Source of the DNA: an uncultured delta proteobacterium
GTDB lineage: Bacteria > Myxococcota > Myxococcia > Myxococcales > Myxococcaceae
NCBI GenBank assembly: GCA_963776345.1
Contig: CAVZMH010000018.1
Coordinates: 133,704-197,703, forward strand
Length of the DNA: 64,000 nucleotides
Direction of reading: 5' to 3'
The notes beneath the pieces were generated by a model. The model saw only the letters and a program-made list of their open reading frames with translations. It was not told the DNA's origin and ran no database searches. The position numbers were made by a program, and so were the translations under genes. Below are positions 41,822-51,939 of this stretch, one piece after another; the first letter of the stretch is position 1, and every line of letters begins with the position of its first letter.

Positions 41822-42772
41822 ATGCGGCGCTTGCTGCTCGACGGGGAAGGGCGCCTCCGGATCGGCTGGCGACTTCTGCTTTACCTGCTGGTCTTCGCCT
41901 GCTCTGGCGCGGCCGCTGCCATCCTCGGCCATGCCCTCCGTGCGACGGCTCCGCGCTGGGCGCAGGGGCTCGTGGTGCTGGGCGTCGGAGGGGGCTCCTG
42001 CATCCTCGGCTTCTGCGTGCTGCGGAGGAAGGTCGACCGGCGCCCGTGGTCGTGGATCGGGCTCTCGATCTCCGGGCGCGCCCTGGGCGCTCTGGCCTCG
42101 GGGTTCGTGGCTGGCGTCCTGATGCTCGGAGCCTTGTTCTGCGTCGAGTGGCGGCTCGGGTGGGTCGCGCCGACCTGGGTGTACGAGCCGTGGAGGCTCT
42201 CCGCCGTCGTCGGCGCGCTGTTCACCGCCCTGGCCATCGGCGTCATGGAGGAGCTGCTCCTCCGGGGAGCCTTCCTCCAGAACCTGGGAGAGCGGGTTCC
42301 GCTCTGGGCGGCGACGCTCGGCACCGGAGCGATCTTCGGGCTCCTCCATCTGGCCAATCCGGCGCAGCACGTGGACGTGGCGTTCGTGCTCTCCGCCGCC
42401 GTCGCGACGCTCATGCTGGTGCTGGCCCGCTTCGTGACCGGGACGCTGGCCTGGGCCATCGGGTGGCATGCTGCGTGGGACTGGATGCAGGACCTGCTGG
42501 GGATCGCGAACCTCGGGGCGGGGAAGGACCACCAGCTGGTGAGCCTGGCCCAGCACGGGCCGCCGGTCTGGACCGGGCAGGCGCCGAGCATCGAAGGCGG
42601 CCTGCTCGCCATCCTAATCATCGCGCTGGCCGCGGCCGTATTCTGGCGACTCGAGGGACGCCGCGGTCAGCGGATCGACTGGAGGCAGCCGCTCGCGCAG
42701 GGAGAGTTCCGGCCCTTGCGCGCGCCGGCGGCCGTGGTCGCGGCCCCTCGACCGCTGCAGCGCAGCGAGTGA
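41822..42772 (+). CDS. CPBP (Abi/CAAX protease-like) intramembrane metalloprotease
   Basis: EELLLRG, FGLLHLAN, AIGWHAAWDW motifs; multiple TM helices. Confidence 0.88.
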   Translation: MRRLLLDGEGRLRIGWRLLLYLLVFACSGAAAAILGHALRATAPRWAQGLVVLGVGGGSCILGFCVLRRKVDRRPWSWIGLSISGRALGALASGFVAGVLMLGALFCVEWRLGWVAPTWVYEPWRLSAVVGALFTALAIGVMEELLLRGAFLQNLGERVPLWAATLGTGAIFGLLHLANPAQHVDVAFVLSAAVATLMLVLARFVTGTLAWAIGWHAAWDWMQDLLGIANLGAGKDHQLVSLAQHGPPVWTGQAPSIEGGLLAILIIALAAAVFWRLEGRRGQRIDWRQPLAQGEFRPLRAPAAVVAAPRPLQRSE

Positions 42773-42776
42773 GGGG

Positions 42777-43928
42777 TCAGCCTTCCACGTCCGCCAGCCG
42801 GCAGACGAATCCCCACCCTCCGCCCAGCTCGCTCAGGGCCAGGACCAGCTCGTTCTTGCCCTTCTTCAGCGGAAGATAGACCGCGTCATTCTCCGGATTG
42901 ACGATGCCGAGAAAGCCAGGGTCGCGGAAGTTCTGCGCACTGCGACCACGGTAGAGAATCTTGCCATTGAGAAAGACGCTGACCTCGTCGCTGTAGCCAA
43001 TCTCCAGCTTCGTCACCTGCGCTCGCTCGGAGACGATGGTGGTCCGCGCGTAAACGACCTTCATGCCCGGCTGAGGCTCCAGGCGCTTGGAGAAGTCGTT
43101 GGCGAACGAGACCCTCGGATGGGGGCTCTCGCGATGGCGATTGACGACCACCAGGCCGGGGGGCTCCGCCTCGACGTCCTGCCAGCGGATGGCCCTGCTC
43201 TCCGAGGCGGTGAGCGGACGCTCCAGCCGACGCTCGAGCGCGTCGTACGATGGCGAGAGGCTCCACCGGGTCAACGTTCCCGGAGGCATCGGCGGCAGGT
43301 GTCGCTCCCACGGGGCGTCCGGCGTCTTCCGGAGCTGGAAGTTCGACAGGTAGGTCGCTCCGGTCAGGACCCACAGGGCCACCTGGCCCTTCTGGCTCCC
43401 GCTCTTCAGATCGGGCATGACCAGCGCGGGCTTCTCCATGTCCTTGAGGTACAGCTTCGCCTGCGCGCTCACGACCTCCAGACGCAGGTGGAACCAGACA
43501 TCCTTGGGGATCTCGACCGCGCCGATGAAGCCCGGGCCACTGTAGAGCTGCCAGTTCAGGCCGGTGTTCAGGACCGGCGTGTACTGCATGGCGTCAGGGG
43601 CCCCGGACTTGTGCTGGCGGAGATAGACCACCTCCGCGGTGGCGCCCTCGTCCGCGATCCGGAACTGGATGCCGAAGAAGCCGCGAGGCGCCGGAGTCGA
43701 GACGTCGACGTCGATGACCCCGTCCCGCATCTCGAGGCCCTTGAGGATGGCCGCTCCGCCATCGAGGAACAGAGCCTTGCGGCCTTGATGCTCGACCACC
43801 TTGGCTTGCCCCTGCAGCTCCCAGCGGTCGGAATCCGCGGGGACGGAGAGCGGCTGGTCCGGCTGTGAACGGGCCACCGTCCCGAAGAGGAGTGCGCAGA
43901 GGGCCCACCGACCGATGTGTCGAGGCAT
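42777..43928 (-). CDS. Secreted hypothetical protein (concanavalin/DUF1080-like beta-sandwich suspected)
   Basis: Signal peptide; GIQFRI, EVVYLR, WFHLRLEV, IGYSDEVSVFLNGK, LKKGKNELVL. Confidence 0.7.
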   Translation of the reverse strand: MPRHIGRWALCALLFGTVARSQPDQPLSVPADSDRWELQGQAKVVEHQGRKALFLDGGAAILKGLEMRDGVIDVDVSTPAPRGFFGIQFRIADEGATAEVVYLRQHKSGAPDAMQYTPVLNTGLNWQLYSGPGFIGAVEIPKDVWFHLRLEVVSAQAKLYLKDMEKPALVMPDLKSGSQKGQVALWVLTGATYLSNFQLRKTPDAPWERHLPPMPPGTLTRWSLSPSYDALERRLERPLTASESRAIRWQDVEAEPPGLVVVNRHRESPHPRVSFANDFSKRLEPQPGMKVVYARTTIVSERAQVTKLEIGYSDEVSVFLNGKILYRGRSAQNFRDPGFLGIVNPENDAVYLPLKKGKNELVLALSELGGGWGFVCRLADVEG

Positions 43929-44127
43929 GGATGACCAGGCATACGCCCGCGACCTGGGCAGGCGGCTGCTCGTGCAGTCAGCCCGTGGAACCTTGCAGCC
44001 AGGCCTCCGGCGTCCGCGCTGCGGGAGGCTCGGTGCTACAGTCCGGACACCCGCCACTCGCGGTCGAAGCCGTCGAGGAAATCCGTGGCCTTGACCAGCG
44101 CGCATGACGCTCGACGTGGGCCATGAG

Positions 44128-47100
44128 ATGACCGGCGAGCTCCGCGTCAATCTCCTCGGTCAGTTCCGCCTGGCTGTCGACGGCGGTCCCGCCCCGGGCG
44201 CCATCAGCGCGCGGTTGCAGTCGCTCCTCGCCTATCTGCTCCTCCACGGGGACGCGCCCCAGTCGCGGGCGCACCTGTCCTTCACCTTCTGGCCGGACGC
44301 TTCGGAGTCGAACGCCCGCAACAATCTGCGACAGCTCCTCCATCAGCTGCGGCAGGCGCTGCCCGAGCCCGACCGCTACCTCCGGACCGACGCCAGCAGC
44401 GTGCAGTGGGTGGGCGACTCCTCCTTCAGCCTCGACGTCGCTCGCTTCGACCGTGCGGTCGCCGAGAGCGAGGAGGCCGCCCGGGCCGGAGACGCGGCGC
44501 GGCGCCTCGTCTGCCTGGAGCGGGCGGTGGACCTGTGCCAGGGCCCGCTCCTCCCGAGCTGCTACGACGACTGGATCCAGCCCGCGCGGGAGCGTCTCGC
44601 CCGGCGGTGCAAGGACGCCGTCGGCGCGCTGGTGGGGCTGCTCGAGGAACGGCGGGAGTACGCGAGCGCCATCGCCCGTGTCCGGCACTGGCTGCAACAC
44701 GACCCGCTCGACGAGGAGGCGCACCGCTGGCTCATGCGGCTCCTGGCGCTGGCCGGTGATCACCAGGGCGCGCTCCAGGCGTACCGCCGGTGCGCCGAGG
44801 TGCTCCGCCGGGAGCTACAAATAGAGCCGAGCGCGGCGACCGTCCGCGTCTACGAGCGGATCCGCGGCGCCGAGCCAGGTCCAGGACCGCGCTCCGGAGG
44901 GGGCGAGGGGACCCCTGCGGCGACGTCCCTCGTGGGTCGGCAGGCCGAGTGGACGAGGCTGCGGGGGGCCTGGGAGCGAGTGGTCCAGGGACAGGTCGGC
45001 TTCGCGCTGGTGACCGGCGAGGCCGGCATCGGCAAGTCGCGCCTGGCGGAGGAGCTGCTGACCTGGGCCCAGCGGCAGGGAGTGACCACGGCGAAGACGC
45101 GCTCCTACGCCGCCGAAGGCCGGCTCTCCCTCGCCCCGGTGAGCGAATGGCTCCGGAGCGACGCCCTCTCCCCGCACCTCGCCCGTCTCGAGCAGGTGTG
45201 GCGGATCGAGGTCGCGCGGCTCCTGCCCGAGCTACGAGCCGCCGGGGCGGGCCTGCCGCGGCCCGGGCCCACGACCGAGTTCGGCGACCGGCCGCGCTTC
45301 TTCGAGGGTCTGGCGCGGGCGGTGCTCGCGGCTCCGCAGCCCTTGCTGCTCCTCATCGACGACCTGCAGTGGTGCGACCGCGAGACCATCGAGTGGCTTC
45401 ATTTCCTCTCCCGGTTCGATCCCCGAGCGCGCCTGCTGGTCGTCGGGACTGCGCGTTCGGAGGAGCTCGATGCCAAGCACCCGCTCCCGCCGCTCCTCCG
45501 CCACCTCCGGAGCGGCTCGCAGCTCACCGAGCTCGCCCTCGAGCCGCTGGACGCGGCGGAGACGGCGGCGCTGGCGGCCGAGATCGGCAACCGGGACTTC
45601 GATACCGTCGCGGCCACCCGGCTCTACCGGGAGACGGAGGGCAATCCTCTGTTCATCGTGGAGACGGTGAGGGCCGGGAGCGGGGGCGGCTCCCCGGGCG
45701 TCCCGGAGCACGGGATCCCCGAGCTTCCGCCCCGCGCGCACGCGGTGATCGCCGGCCGCCTGGCCCAGCTGTCGGATCATGCCCGGGAGATCGCCGCGGC
45801 CGCGGCGGTGATCGGGCGCGCCTTCGACCTGGAGGTCCTGGTGCGCCTGGTGGGTGACGAGGAAGTGGTGGTGCGCGCCCTCGACGAGCTATGGCGGAAG
45901 CGCATCGTCCGCGAGCAGGGCCCGAACGCGTACGACTTCACCCACGACAAGCTGCGGGAGGTGGCCTATGGCGAGACCAGCGCCCCCCAGCGGCGCCGGC
46001 TGCATCGGCGGGTGGCCGAGGTGCTCGTCGCCGCGCACCAGAAGGACCTCGATCCGGTCAGCGCGCAGATCGCCGCGCACTACGAGAGCGCGGGCCTCTT
46101 CGAGCAGGCGATCCCCCACTACGCGAGGGCGGCGGTCGTCGCCCAGGGGGTCTACGCCAACGACGAGGCGATCGCCCTGGCCGACCGCGGGCTGTCCCTG
46201 CTCCGCGAGCTGCCGGCGAGCGCGCGACGCGACGCCTCCGAGCTCGAGCTCCAGCTGGTCCTCGCCCCGAGCTATCGGGTGACGAAGGGGTGGGCGGCGT
46301 CGGAGCTGGGCAGTGTGCTCGATCGCTCCCTGGCCCTCTGCGACAGGGTGGGAACGGGCGCGCAGCGGGCGCAGATCCTCTACGGCATGCAGTCGCTCTA
46401 CATCGTCGCGGGGCGGCTCGAGAAGTCCGCGCTCATCACCGACGAGATGGTGCGCGTCCTGCGCGAGACCCCGGGCTCGGAGCCGCCACGGTCGGCGTTC
46501 GCCATGCTGGCGGGGGTCCGGGTCCAGATGGGCCGCTTCCACGAGGCCTGCGACGACTTCGACGGGCTCCTGCGAGAGGCCGACCCGAGCCAGTTCCAGC
46601 GACTTCAGGAATCACAGGGCCTGAACTACGAGGTCCTCGCCTGGGCGTGGCAAGCGCACGGGCTCTGGTGCCTGGGCCGTCCGGACACGGCCCTCCAGGG
46701 CGCGTCGCACGCCCTCGGTCTCGCCCGGAAGCTCGGGCAACCGTTCAGCCAGGCCATCGCCGCCACCTACCTGGCCCTGCTCCAGCAACTCCGGGCCGAT
46801 CCCGCCACGTTCCGCCGGCAGGCGAAGGAGGCGGTCGACCTCGCCACCGAGTTCAAGGCCGTCTACTACCGGGTGTGGGCCGCCATCCTCGTCGCCTACG
46901 CCGAAACGCTCGATCACCCGGAGGCGGCCGCGCTCGCGCGTCTCCGCAGCGCCATCGACGGCTTCAAGGAGACGGGGGCGCGGCTCCGCTTGCCGTACTA
47001 CCTGGCGTTGCTGGCCGACGCCCATCTCCGGGCGGGCGAGGCGGACGCCGGCCTCGCGGTGTTGGAAGAGGCCCTGACTCTCGGACGGGAGACGAACGAG

Positions 47101-47389
47101 CGCTGGTGGGATGCGGAGCTCCATCGCCTGCGCGCGGAGCTGCTTGCTCGCGGGCGGCGCGGAGGCGGCCGAGGCGGAAGCCGCCCTGAGGCGCGCGCTG
47201 GAGATCGCCCGGGGACAGCAGGCGAAGTCGCTGGAGCTGCGCGCCGCCCGGGCCCTGGCCCGCATCTTGGCGGGATCGGGCCGGACCGCCGAGGCTCGAG
47301 ATCTGCTCGCGCCCGTGTGTGCCTGGTTCACGGAGGGTCTCGAAACCCCGGATCTGGTGGTCGCCCGGGCCCTGCTCTCCCAGCTCTAA
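44128..47389 (+). CDS. SARP/BTAD transcriptional activator with AAA ATPase and TPR region; frameshift near 47150
   Basis: [48 protein letters not shown] (BTAD), [45 protein letters not shown]. Confidence 0.88.
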
Positions 47390-47429
47390 CGCTCATCCTA
47401 ACGCCGCCCTAACGCCCGGGGCGTAGCAG
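47386..47429 (+). promoter_or_regulatory. SARP-type operator/promoter: three CTAACGC heptamers followed by a -10-like element
   Basis: CTAACGC at 47386, 47398 and 47409 (12/11-bp period); TAGCAG begins 8 nt after the last repeat. Confidence 0.7.
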
Positions 47430-47478
47430 TGGGGCCGTCTCCGCAAGGGAGGCTCTTTCTGAACGCGTGGGAGGAACG

Positions 47479-48852
47479 ATGAACCAGACGGACATCCAGG
47501 AACTGCGGGCGAAGTTTCGCGGCGAGCTGATCACCCCGAGTGACGCGGGCTACGACACCGCTCGCAAGGTCTACAACGGCATGATCGACAAGCGCCCCGC
47601 GCTGATCGCGAGGTGCGTGGACGCGGCGGACGTCATCGCGGGCGTGAGCTTCGCCCGGGAGAAGAAGCTGCTCCTCGCGGTGCGCGGCGGTGGGCACAAC
47701 GGCCCGGGGCTCGGGATCTGCGACGGGGGGCTGGTGGTCGACCTGTCGCGGATGAAGGGGATCCGGGTGGACCAGAAGGCCCAGACGGTGCGGGTCGAGG
47801 GGGGGTGCCTCTGGGGCGACGTGGACCACGCCACCCACCCGTTCGGCCTGGCGGTGCCCAGCGGCTTCCTCTCCACCACCGGTGTGGGCGGCCTGACCCT
47901 AGGCGGTGGGATCGGCTACCTCAGCCGCAAGTACGGCCTGACCATCGACAACCTCATCGGCGTGGACGTGGTGCTCGCCGACGGCCGGCTGGTCACGGCC
48001 AGCGCGGAGGAGAACGCGGATCTCTTCTGGGCGGTGCGCGGCGGCGGTGGGAACTTCGGGGTCGTGACCTCGTTCCTCTTCCGCGCCGGCCCGGTCAGCA
48101 CCGTCTACGGCGGGCCGATCTTCTGGCCGATGGAGAAGGCAGGGGAGGTGCTCCGCTTCTGGCGGGACTTCATCCTCAAGGCTCCCGAGGACATCAATGG
48201 CTGGTTCGGCTTCGCCACGGTGCCCCCCGTCCCGATGTTCCCGGCCGAGCACCACGGGAAGAAGGTGGCCATGGTCACCTGGTGCTACACCGGCGACATG
48301 GCGAAGGCGGAAGAGGCGTTCAAGCCCATCCGGAAGTTCTCGCCGCCGCTGATGGACTTCGCCGGGCCGATCCCGTTCCCGGTGCTGCAGAGCCTCTTCG
48401 ACGGGCTCTATCCGGCGGGCCTGCAGTGGTACTGGAAGGCCGACTTCTTCCAGGAGCTGAGCGACAAGGCCATCGACCTCCACGTGAAGTACGGGGAGCG
48501 GCTCCCCACCGGTCACTCCACCATGCACCTCTACCCGATCAACGGCGCCGCGCAGCGGGCGAAGAAGGGAGACACGGCCTTCAGCTTCCGCGAGGCGAAC
48601 TTCGCGGAGGTCATCGTGGGGGTCGATCCCGATCCGGCGAACAACCCGCGCCTCATTCAGTGGGCCAAGGACTACTGGCTGGCCATGCATCCCCACTCGT
48701 CGGGCGGCGGATACATCAACATGATGATGGACGAGGGCGAGGACAACGTGAAGGCCGCGTACCGCGACAACTACGCGCGCCTCGCCCAGGTGAAGAAGAA
48801 GTACGACCCGAACAACCTCTTCCGGGTCAACCAGAACATCAAGCCCGGGTAA
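47479..48852 (+). CDS. FAD-binding oxidoreductase with BBE domain (VAO/PCMH family)
   Basis: AVRGGGHN (covalent-FAD His), TTGVGGLTLGGGIG, DLFWAVRGGGGNFGVVT, KYDPNNLFRVNQNI. Confidence 0.92.
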   Translation: MNQTDIQELRAKFRGELITPSDAGYDTARKVYNGMIDKRPALIARCVDAADVIAGVSFAREKKLLLAVRGGGHNGPGLGICDGGLVVDLSRMKGIRVDQKAQTVRVEGGCLWGDVDHATHPFGLAVPSGFLSTTGVGGLTLGGGIGYLSRKYGLTIDNLIGVDVVLADGRLVTASAEENADLFWAVRGGGGNFGVVTSFLFRAGPVSTVYGGPIFWPMEKAGEVLRFWRDFILKAPEDINGWFGFATVPPVPMFPAEHHGKKVAMVTWCYTGDMAKAEEAFKPIRKFSPPLMDFAGPIPFPVLQSLFDGLYPAGLQWYWKADFFQELSDKAIDLHVKYGERLPTGHSTMHLYPINGAAQRAKKGDTAFSFREANFAEVIVGVDPDPANNPRLIQWAKDYWLAMHPHSSGGGYINMMMDEGEDNVKAAYRDNYARLAQVKKKYDPNNLFRVNQNIKPG

Positions 48853-48939
48853 TCGCGCTTGCCAGTGCTGGGGCTGGCCTTGTTGCCGGGATTCGTTGCC
48901 GGGATTCGCGCCAGCGCCCGTTCCCGGTTCGGTCCCGGA

Positions 48940-49089
48940 TCAGACGGTACGACCGGTGACCAGCCTCACGACCACCACCACCAAGGCGATCACCAGGAGC
49001 AGATGGATGAGGCCGCCACCCACGTGCATCGTGAAGCCCAGCAGCCAGAGAACCACGAGAAGAACGACCAGACCCCAGAGCAGATTCAT
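48940..49089 (-). CDS. Small membrane protein, lmo0937 (DUF5670)-like, 49 aa
   Basis: MNLLWGLVVLLVVLWLLGFTMHVGGGLIHLLLVIALVVVVVRLVTGRTV; below the ORF-track cutoff. Confidence 0.85.
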   Translation of the reverse strand: MNLLWGLVVLLVVLWLLGFTMHVGGGLIHLLLVIALVVVVVRLVTGRTV

Positions 49090-49230
49090 GGACAAACCCC
49101 CTGCCTATTCGCCACGACCTCGTCGCTCGCGCGCTCGCGCCGGTTGACTCCGAAGCGTGAGCGGGACACTTTCACTCGAGAGTCGCCATAGCATCACCCC
49201 ACCACCGCTACCAGTAGAACGAGTCACCCC

Positions 49231-49248
49231 GCGGCGGGGACCCGCCGC
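49231..49248. terminator. GC hairpin downstream of the 49309-49674 gene
   Basis: GCGGCGGG-GA-CCCGCCGC inverted repeat; no clear U-tract. Confidence 0.4.
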
Positions 49249-49308
49249 ACCGCTGTGCTGCTCAGCGGTCGAGCAGCGGGTGCCCTGACGTGAAGAGCGG
49301 ACCGAGTG

Positions 49309-49674
49309 CTACTTCGTACCGCTGGTGCTCTGCTCGCTGCTGATCACGTTGCCCTGGGCGTCCTTGGTGACCTTCTTCTTGGCGGTGTGCTTCTTGTCGT
49401 GCTTCGTCCCCGGCGCATCGTGCTTGTCGGTGTGCTCGGTGGTGGCGGTGGTCGTGCCATCGGCGTTCTTCTTCACCGAGGTGTCGGTCGTGTGCTCGTC
49501 GGTCCGGGCGTTGGCCGGTCCAGATGGATCCACCGTCTTCTTGACGTCGACGGACGATTCGGTGCTCCCAGGAGCGGTCTTGGTCTCCTTGGTGGTCTCG
49601 GTCTTCACCGTGGACTGCTGGGCCAGCGCAACCATCGGGAAGGCAAGGGCAAGGGTCAGCACGTAGGAACGCAT
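49309..49674 (-). CDS. Secreted hydrophilic Thr/Lys-rich protein
   Basis: AAGGAG RBS, signal peptide (ALA-QQ), low-complexity T/K/E body. Confidence 0.8.
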   Translation of the reverse strand: MRSYVLTLALAFPMVALAQQSTVKTETTKETKTAPGSTESSVDVKKTVDPSGPANARTDEHTTDTSVKKNADGTTTATTEHTDKHDAPGTKHDKKHTAKKKVTKDAQGNVISSEQSTSGTK

Positions 49675-49711
49675 GGGTATCTCCTTTCGAGAGATCGACT
49701 GCTTGGTTGAA

Positions 49712-49739
49712 AGCTAGGAACGAACGACGGGAGCGCAAG
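49712..49739 (-). promoter_or_regulatory. Putative RpoH-type promoter CTTG-N17-CCTAGCT
   Basis: Minus strand CTTG cgctcccgtcgttcgtt CCTAGCT upstream of ATG 49674; a similar element lies at 51866-51894. Confidence 0.5.
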
Positions 49740-49751
49740 CCCCGGCGAGGG

Positions 49752-50009
49752 CTAGCCGTCCAGCGTCCAGCTCTGTGACTCGTCGAAGGCCTCGACGATC
49801 TCGAAATCGTCGTCTTCCTCACCCGGTGCGCCCGCAGTCTCGAGCAGCCGCCGCAGGTGATGGAAGCATTGACGGTGAAGGCGCAGGCAGAGCCGCAGTC
49901 CAACACGGACACCGACCGGAGCCTCCTGGTGGGCGCGACGTAGACCTTCCACCACGCCGAGCTCCTCCTGCAGGAGAAGCTCGAGCTGTTGCGCGATCGG
50001 GAATGCCAT
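49752..50009 (-). CDS. Hypothetical protein, 85 aa
   Basis: MAFPIAQQLELLLQEELG...; starts 10 nt after the ymgE-like stop on the same strand. Confidence 0.55.
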   Translation of the reverse strand: MAFPIAQQLELLLQEELGVVEGLRRAHQEAPVGVRVGLRLCLRLHRQCFHHLRRLLETAGAPGEEDDDFEIVEAFDESQSWTLDG

Positions 50010-50019
50010 GGGTGCGCGG

Positions 50020-50292
50020 CTAGACCGGCAGCTGACGTCGGTCGACGAGGTGGTAGACGCCGAGCACAATCAGCGCTCCAGCGACGCTGCCGATGATGCC
50101 CGTAGGCTGGAGGTCGGAGGTGTTTGCGCTGTTGTCATGAAGGATCACGTTGATGAGGAAGCCGCCGACGAAGGAGCCGACGACCCCCAGGCCGATGGTC
50201 AGGATCCACCCCATCGAGTCCTTGCCCGGCATGATGGCCCGAGCGATGAGGCCAGCAATGAGTCCAACGACAATCATCGAGAAGATGCCCAT
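50020..50292 (-). CDS. GlsB/YeaQ/YmgE family stress membrane protein
   Basis: IVVGLIAGLIARAIMPG, TIGLGVVGSFVGG, IIGSVAGALIVL; AGGAG RBS. Confidence 0.9.
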   Translation of the reverse strand: MGIFSMIVVGLIAGLIARAIMPGKDSMGWILTIGLGVVGSFVGGFLINVILHDNSANTSDLQPTGIIGSVAGALIVLGVYHLVDRRQLPV

Positions 50293-50326
50293 GGTCTGCT
50301 CCTGTGGTTGAAGAGGAACGAACAGC

Positions 50327-50830
50327 TCAGGCGTGCACTCCATCGAATTCCACGGGCATCGGCTGCTCTTCCTCTGCCGTGTCCAGCGTCCGGCGCAGGT
50401 CGTTGGTACCCACCAACTGGTCGAAGCGGGCCTTCATCAGTTCGCCGAGTGCCTGCAGCTCGGCCGCTTTCATCTGCTTCTCCACCTTGGGGAAGAGGTC
50501 GCTTTCCTCCTCCTCGACGTGGTGCCGGATCATCTCCCTGAGCGTGGTCACGCGGGCAGCAAAGCTCTCGTTCTCCGGCTTGGTACGAAGTAGCCGCTCC
50601 ATCCCGAACTGCGTCGCTGCGTGCTCCTCGAACGACTCGAGCACCAGGTCCGGCTTGATCTCTTTGACCGCCGGGTAGAACAGCTCCTGCTCGATGACCA
50701 TGTGGGCGCTGAGGCTGGCGACGAGCTCCTGCACTCGCGCCTGAGCGTTCGTTGCTCGCCCCTTCTCGAGTTCCCCAAAGATCTTCGCCGCGGCGCGGTG
50801 CTGGCTCTTCAGAAGTTGCGTGGCCTTCAT
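50327..50830 (-). CDS. Hemerythrin (HHE) domain protein
   Basis: LLKSQHR, LSAHMVIEQELFYPAV, SFEEH, HHVEEEESDLFP. Confidence 0.9.
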   Translation of the reverse strand: MKATQLLKSQHRAAAKIFGELEKGRATNAQARVQELVASLSAHMVIEQELFYPAVKEIKPDLVLESFEEHAATQFGMERLLRTKPENESFAARVTTLREMIRHHVEEEESDLFPKVEKQMKAAELQALGELMKARFDQLVGTNDLRRTLDTAEEEQPMPVEFDGVHA

Positions 50831-50874
50831 GGCATTCTCCGTGGCGCACGGGATCGTGCGGGCGACCCGAGTGG

Positions 50875-50890
50875 TGCAAGCACCGGGCCG
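50875..50890 (-). promoter_or_regulatory. Putative sigma-54 promoter of the hemerythrin-ymgE operon
   Basis: Minus strand CGGCCCGGTGCTTGCA = GG-N10-GC. Confidence 0.65.
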
Positions 50891-50946
50891 ATGACCGGGA
50901 CCGCTGATTTGCGGCATGGGGACACCTGAACGAACACCGGGGCCAC

Positions 50947-50980
50947 GTGTCAGTTCGTCACGGGTGAGGCGAACTGCCAC
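50947..50980. promoter_or_regulatory. Tandem enhancer-like palindromes (19-bp period)
   Basis: GTGTCAGTTCGTCAC-gggt-GAGGCGAACTGCCAC. Confidence 0.6.
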
Positions 50981-51066
50981 GTGCGGAACCTGACCAGGTC
51001 TTCGCTCGCCCGCCGTCGACCGAGGGCCGCGCTTGCGATGCCCGCGCCTTGGCCATTCTCCGGCGG

Positions 51067-51282
51067 TTACCTGGAAGGACGCTTGCGGCGAGGCACCCGG
51101 ATGCCTGCCTTCCGGGCTTTGGCGAGGCCCACGGCGATCGCCTGCTTCCGCGTCATCCGCCCGTGTTTGCCGGAACGCTTGTGATGCATTTCCTCGCGGA
51201 CGAACGCGCCGGCCTGGGTGGACGGCTTGTCTCCTCGCCGCCTGGCAGCCGCTGCCCGCCGTCTGGTTGCTTTCTCTGGCAT
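51067..51282 (-). CDS. Small basic protein, DUF6496-like
   Basis: KPSTQAGAFVREEMHH, KQAIAVGLAKARKAG. Confidence 0.8.
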   Translation of the reverse strand: MPEKATRRRAAAARRRGDKPSTQAGAFVREEMHHKRSGKHGRMTRKQAIAVGLAKARKAGIRVPRRKRPSR

Positions 51283-51292
51283 GAGGACCTCT

Positions 51293-51823
51293 TCACATCG
51301 GTTCGGAGAAGCGCGTACGAAGAACGGGGACCAGCGAAAGGGTGAGTCCGAAGAGCAGGTGCATGGCAAGCCAGGACCCGGCCATCCCGCTCACTGCCGC
51401 CCGCAGCGGTGGATTGGCCAGGGGAAGGACGGCGAGCGTCATCACCGCCATCACCAGCAGGGCGTAGCCAAGGGCGAGCAGCAACGTCAGCCCGGCAGAC
51501 CGGGTGTAGGGAACCAGCGCCGCGAACAGCAATCCCAGCGCCGCCGCCAGGAGCAGATGCATCGTTGCCCCTCCGACGATGGTCGCGTTTCCCGGGTCCA
51601 GGGGGAGTCGATCCAAAGGCAAAGGAGCACCGAGCATCCGGAGCGGCGTGGTCCACTCGACTCCCCGGAGCAGGGCTCGGCCCACCATCCACAGGGCCAT
51701 CGCGCCGCCGCCGAGCAACCCCGCGGTCGCCCCTGCCTTCAGCGCCGGACCGATCGTCCCCGGCCAGACGCGGACCCCCTGATCGGCGAAGCGAATCTGC
51801 CCCCCGGGATTGGTTTCGAGCAT
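51293..51823 (-). CDS. Four-TM membrane protein
   Basis: AGGAG RBS; AGATAGLLGGGAM, MHLLLAAALGLLFA, LAMHLLFGLTL. Confidence 0.75.
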   Translation of the reverse strand: MLETNPGGQIRFADQGVRVWPGTIGPALKAGATAGLLGGGAMALWMVGRALLRGVEWTTPLRMLGAPLPLDRLPLDPGNATIVGGATMHLLLAAALGLLFAALVPYTRSAGLTLLLALGYALLVMAVMTLAVLPLANPPLRAAVSGMAGSWLAMHLLFGLTLSLVPVLRTRFSEPM

Positions 51824-51865
51824 TGGAGACTCCTGAACAGGGCTGGGCTCAACGTGGTGCTCAAA

Positions 51866-51894
51866 AGCTGGGATCTCCGTCCGGGCGGCGCAAG
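51866..51894 (-). promoter_or_regulatory. Putative RpoH-type promoter CTTG-N18-CCCAGCT
   Basis: Minus strand CTTG cgccgcccggacggagat CCCAGCT upstream of ATG 51823. Confidence 0.45.
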
Positions 51895-51939
51895 ACCCGT
51901 AACGTGAAACAGGTGACAGCGGCCGACGTTGGCGAGCGC

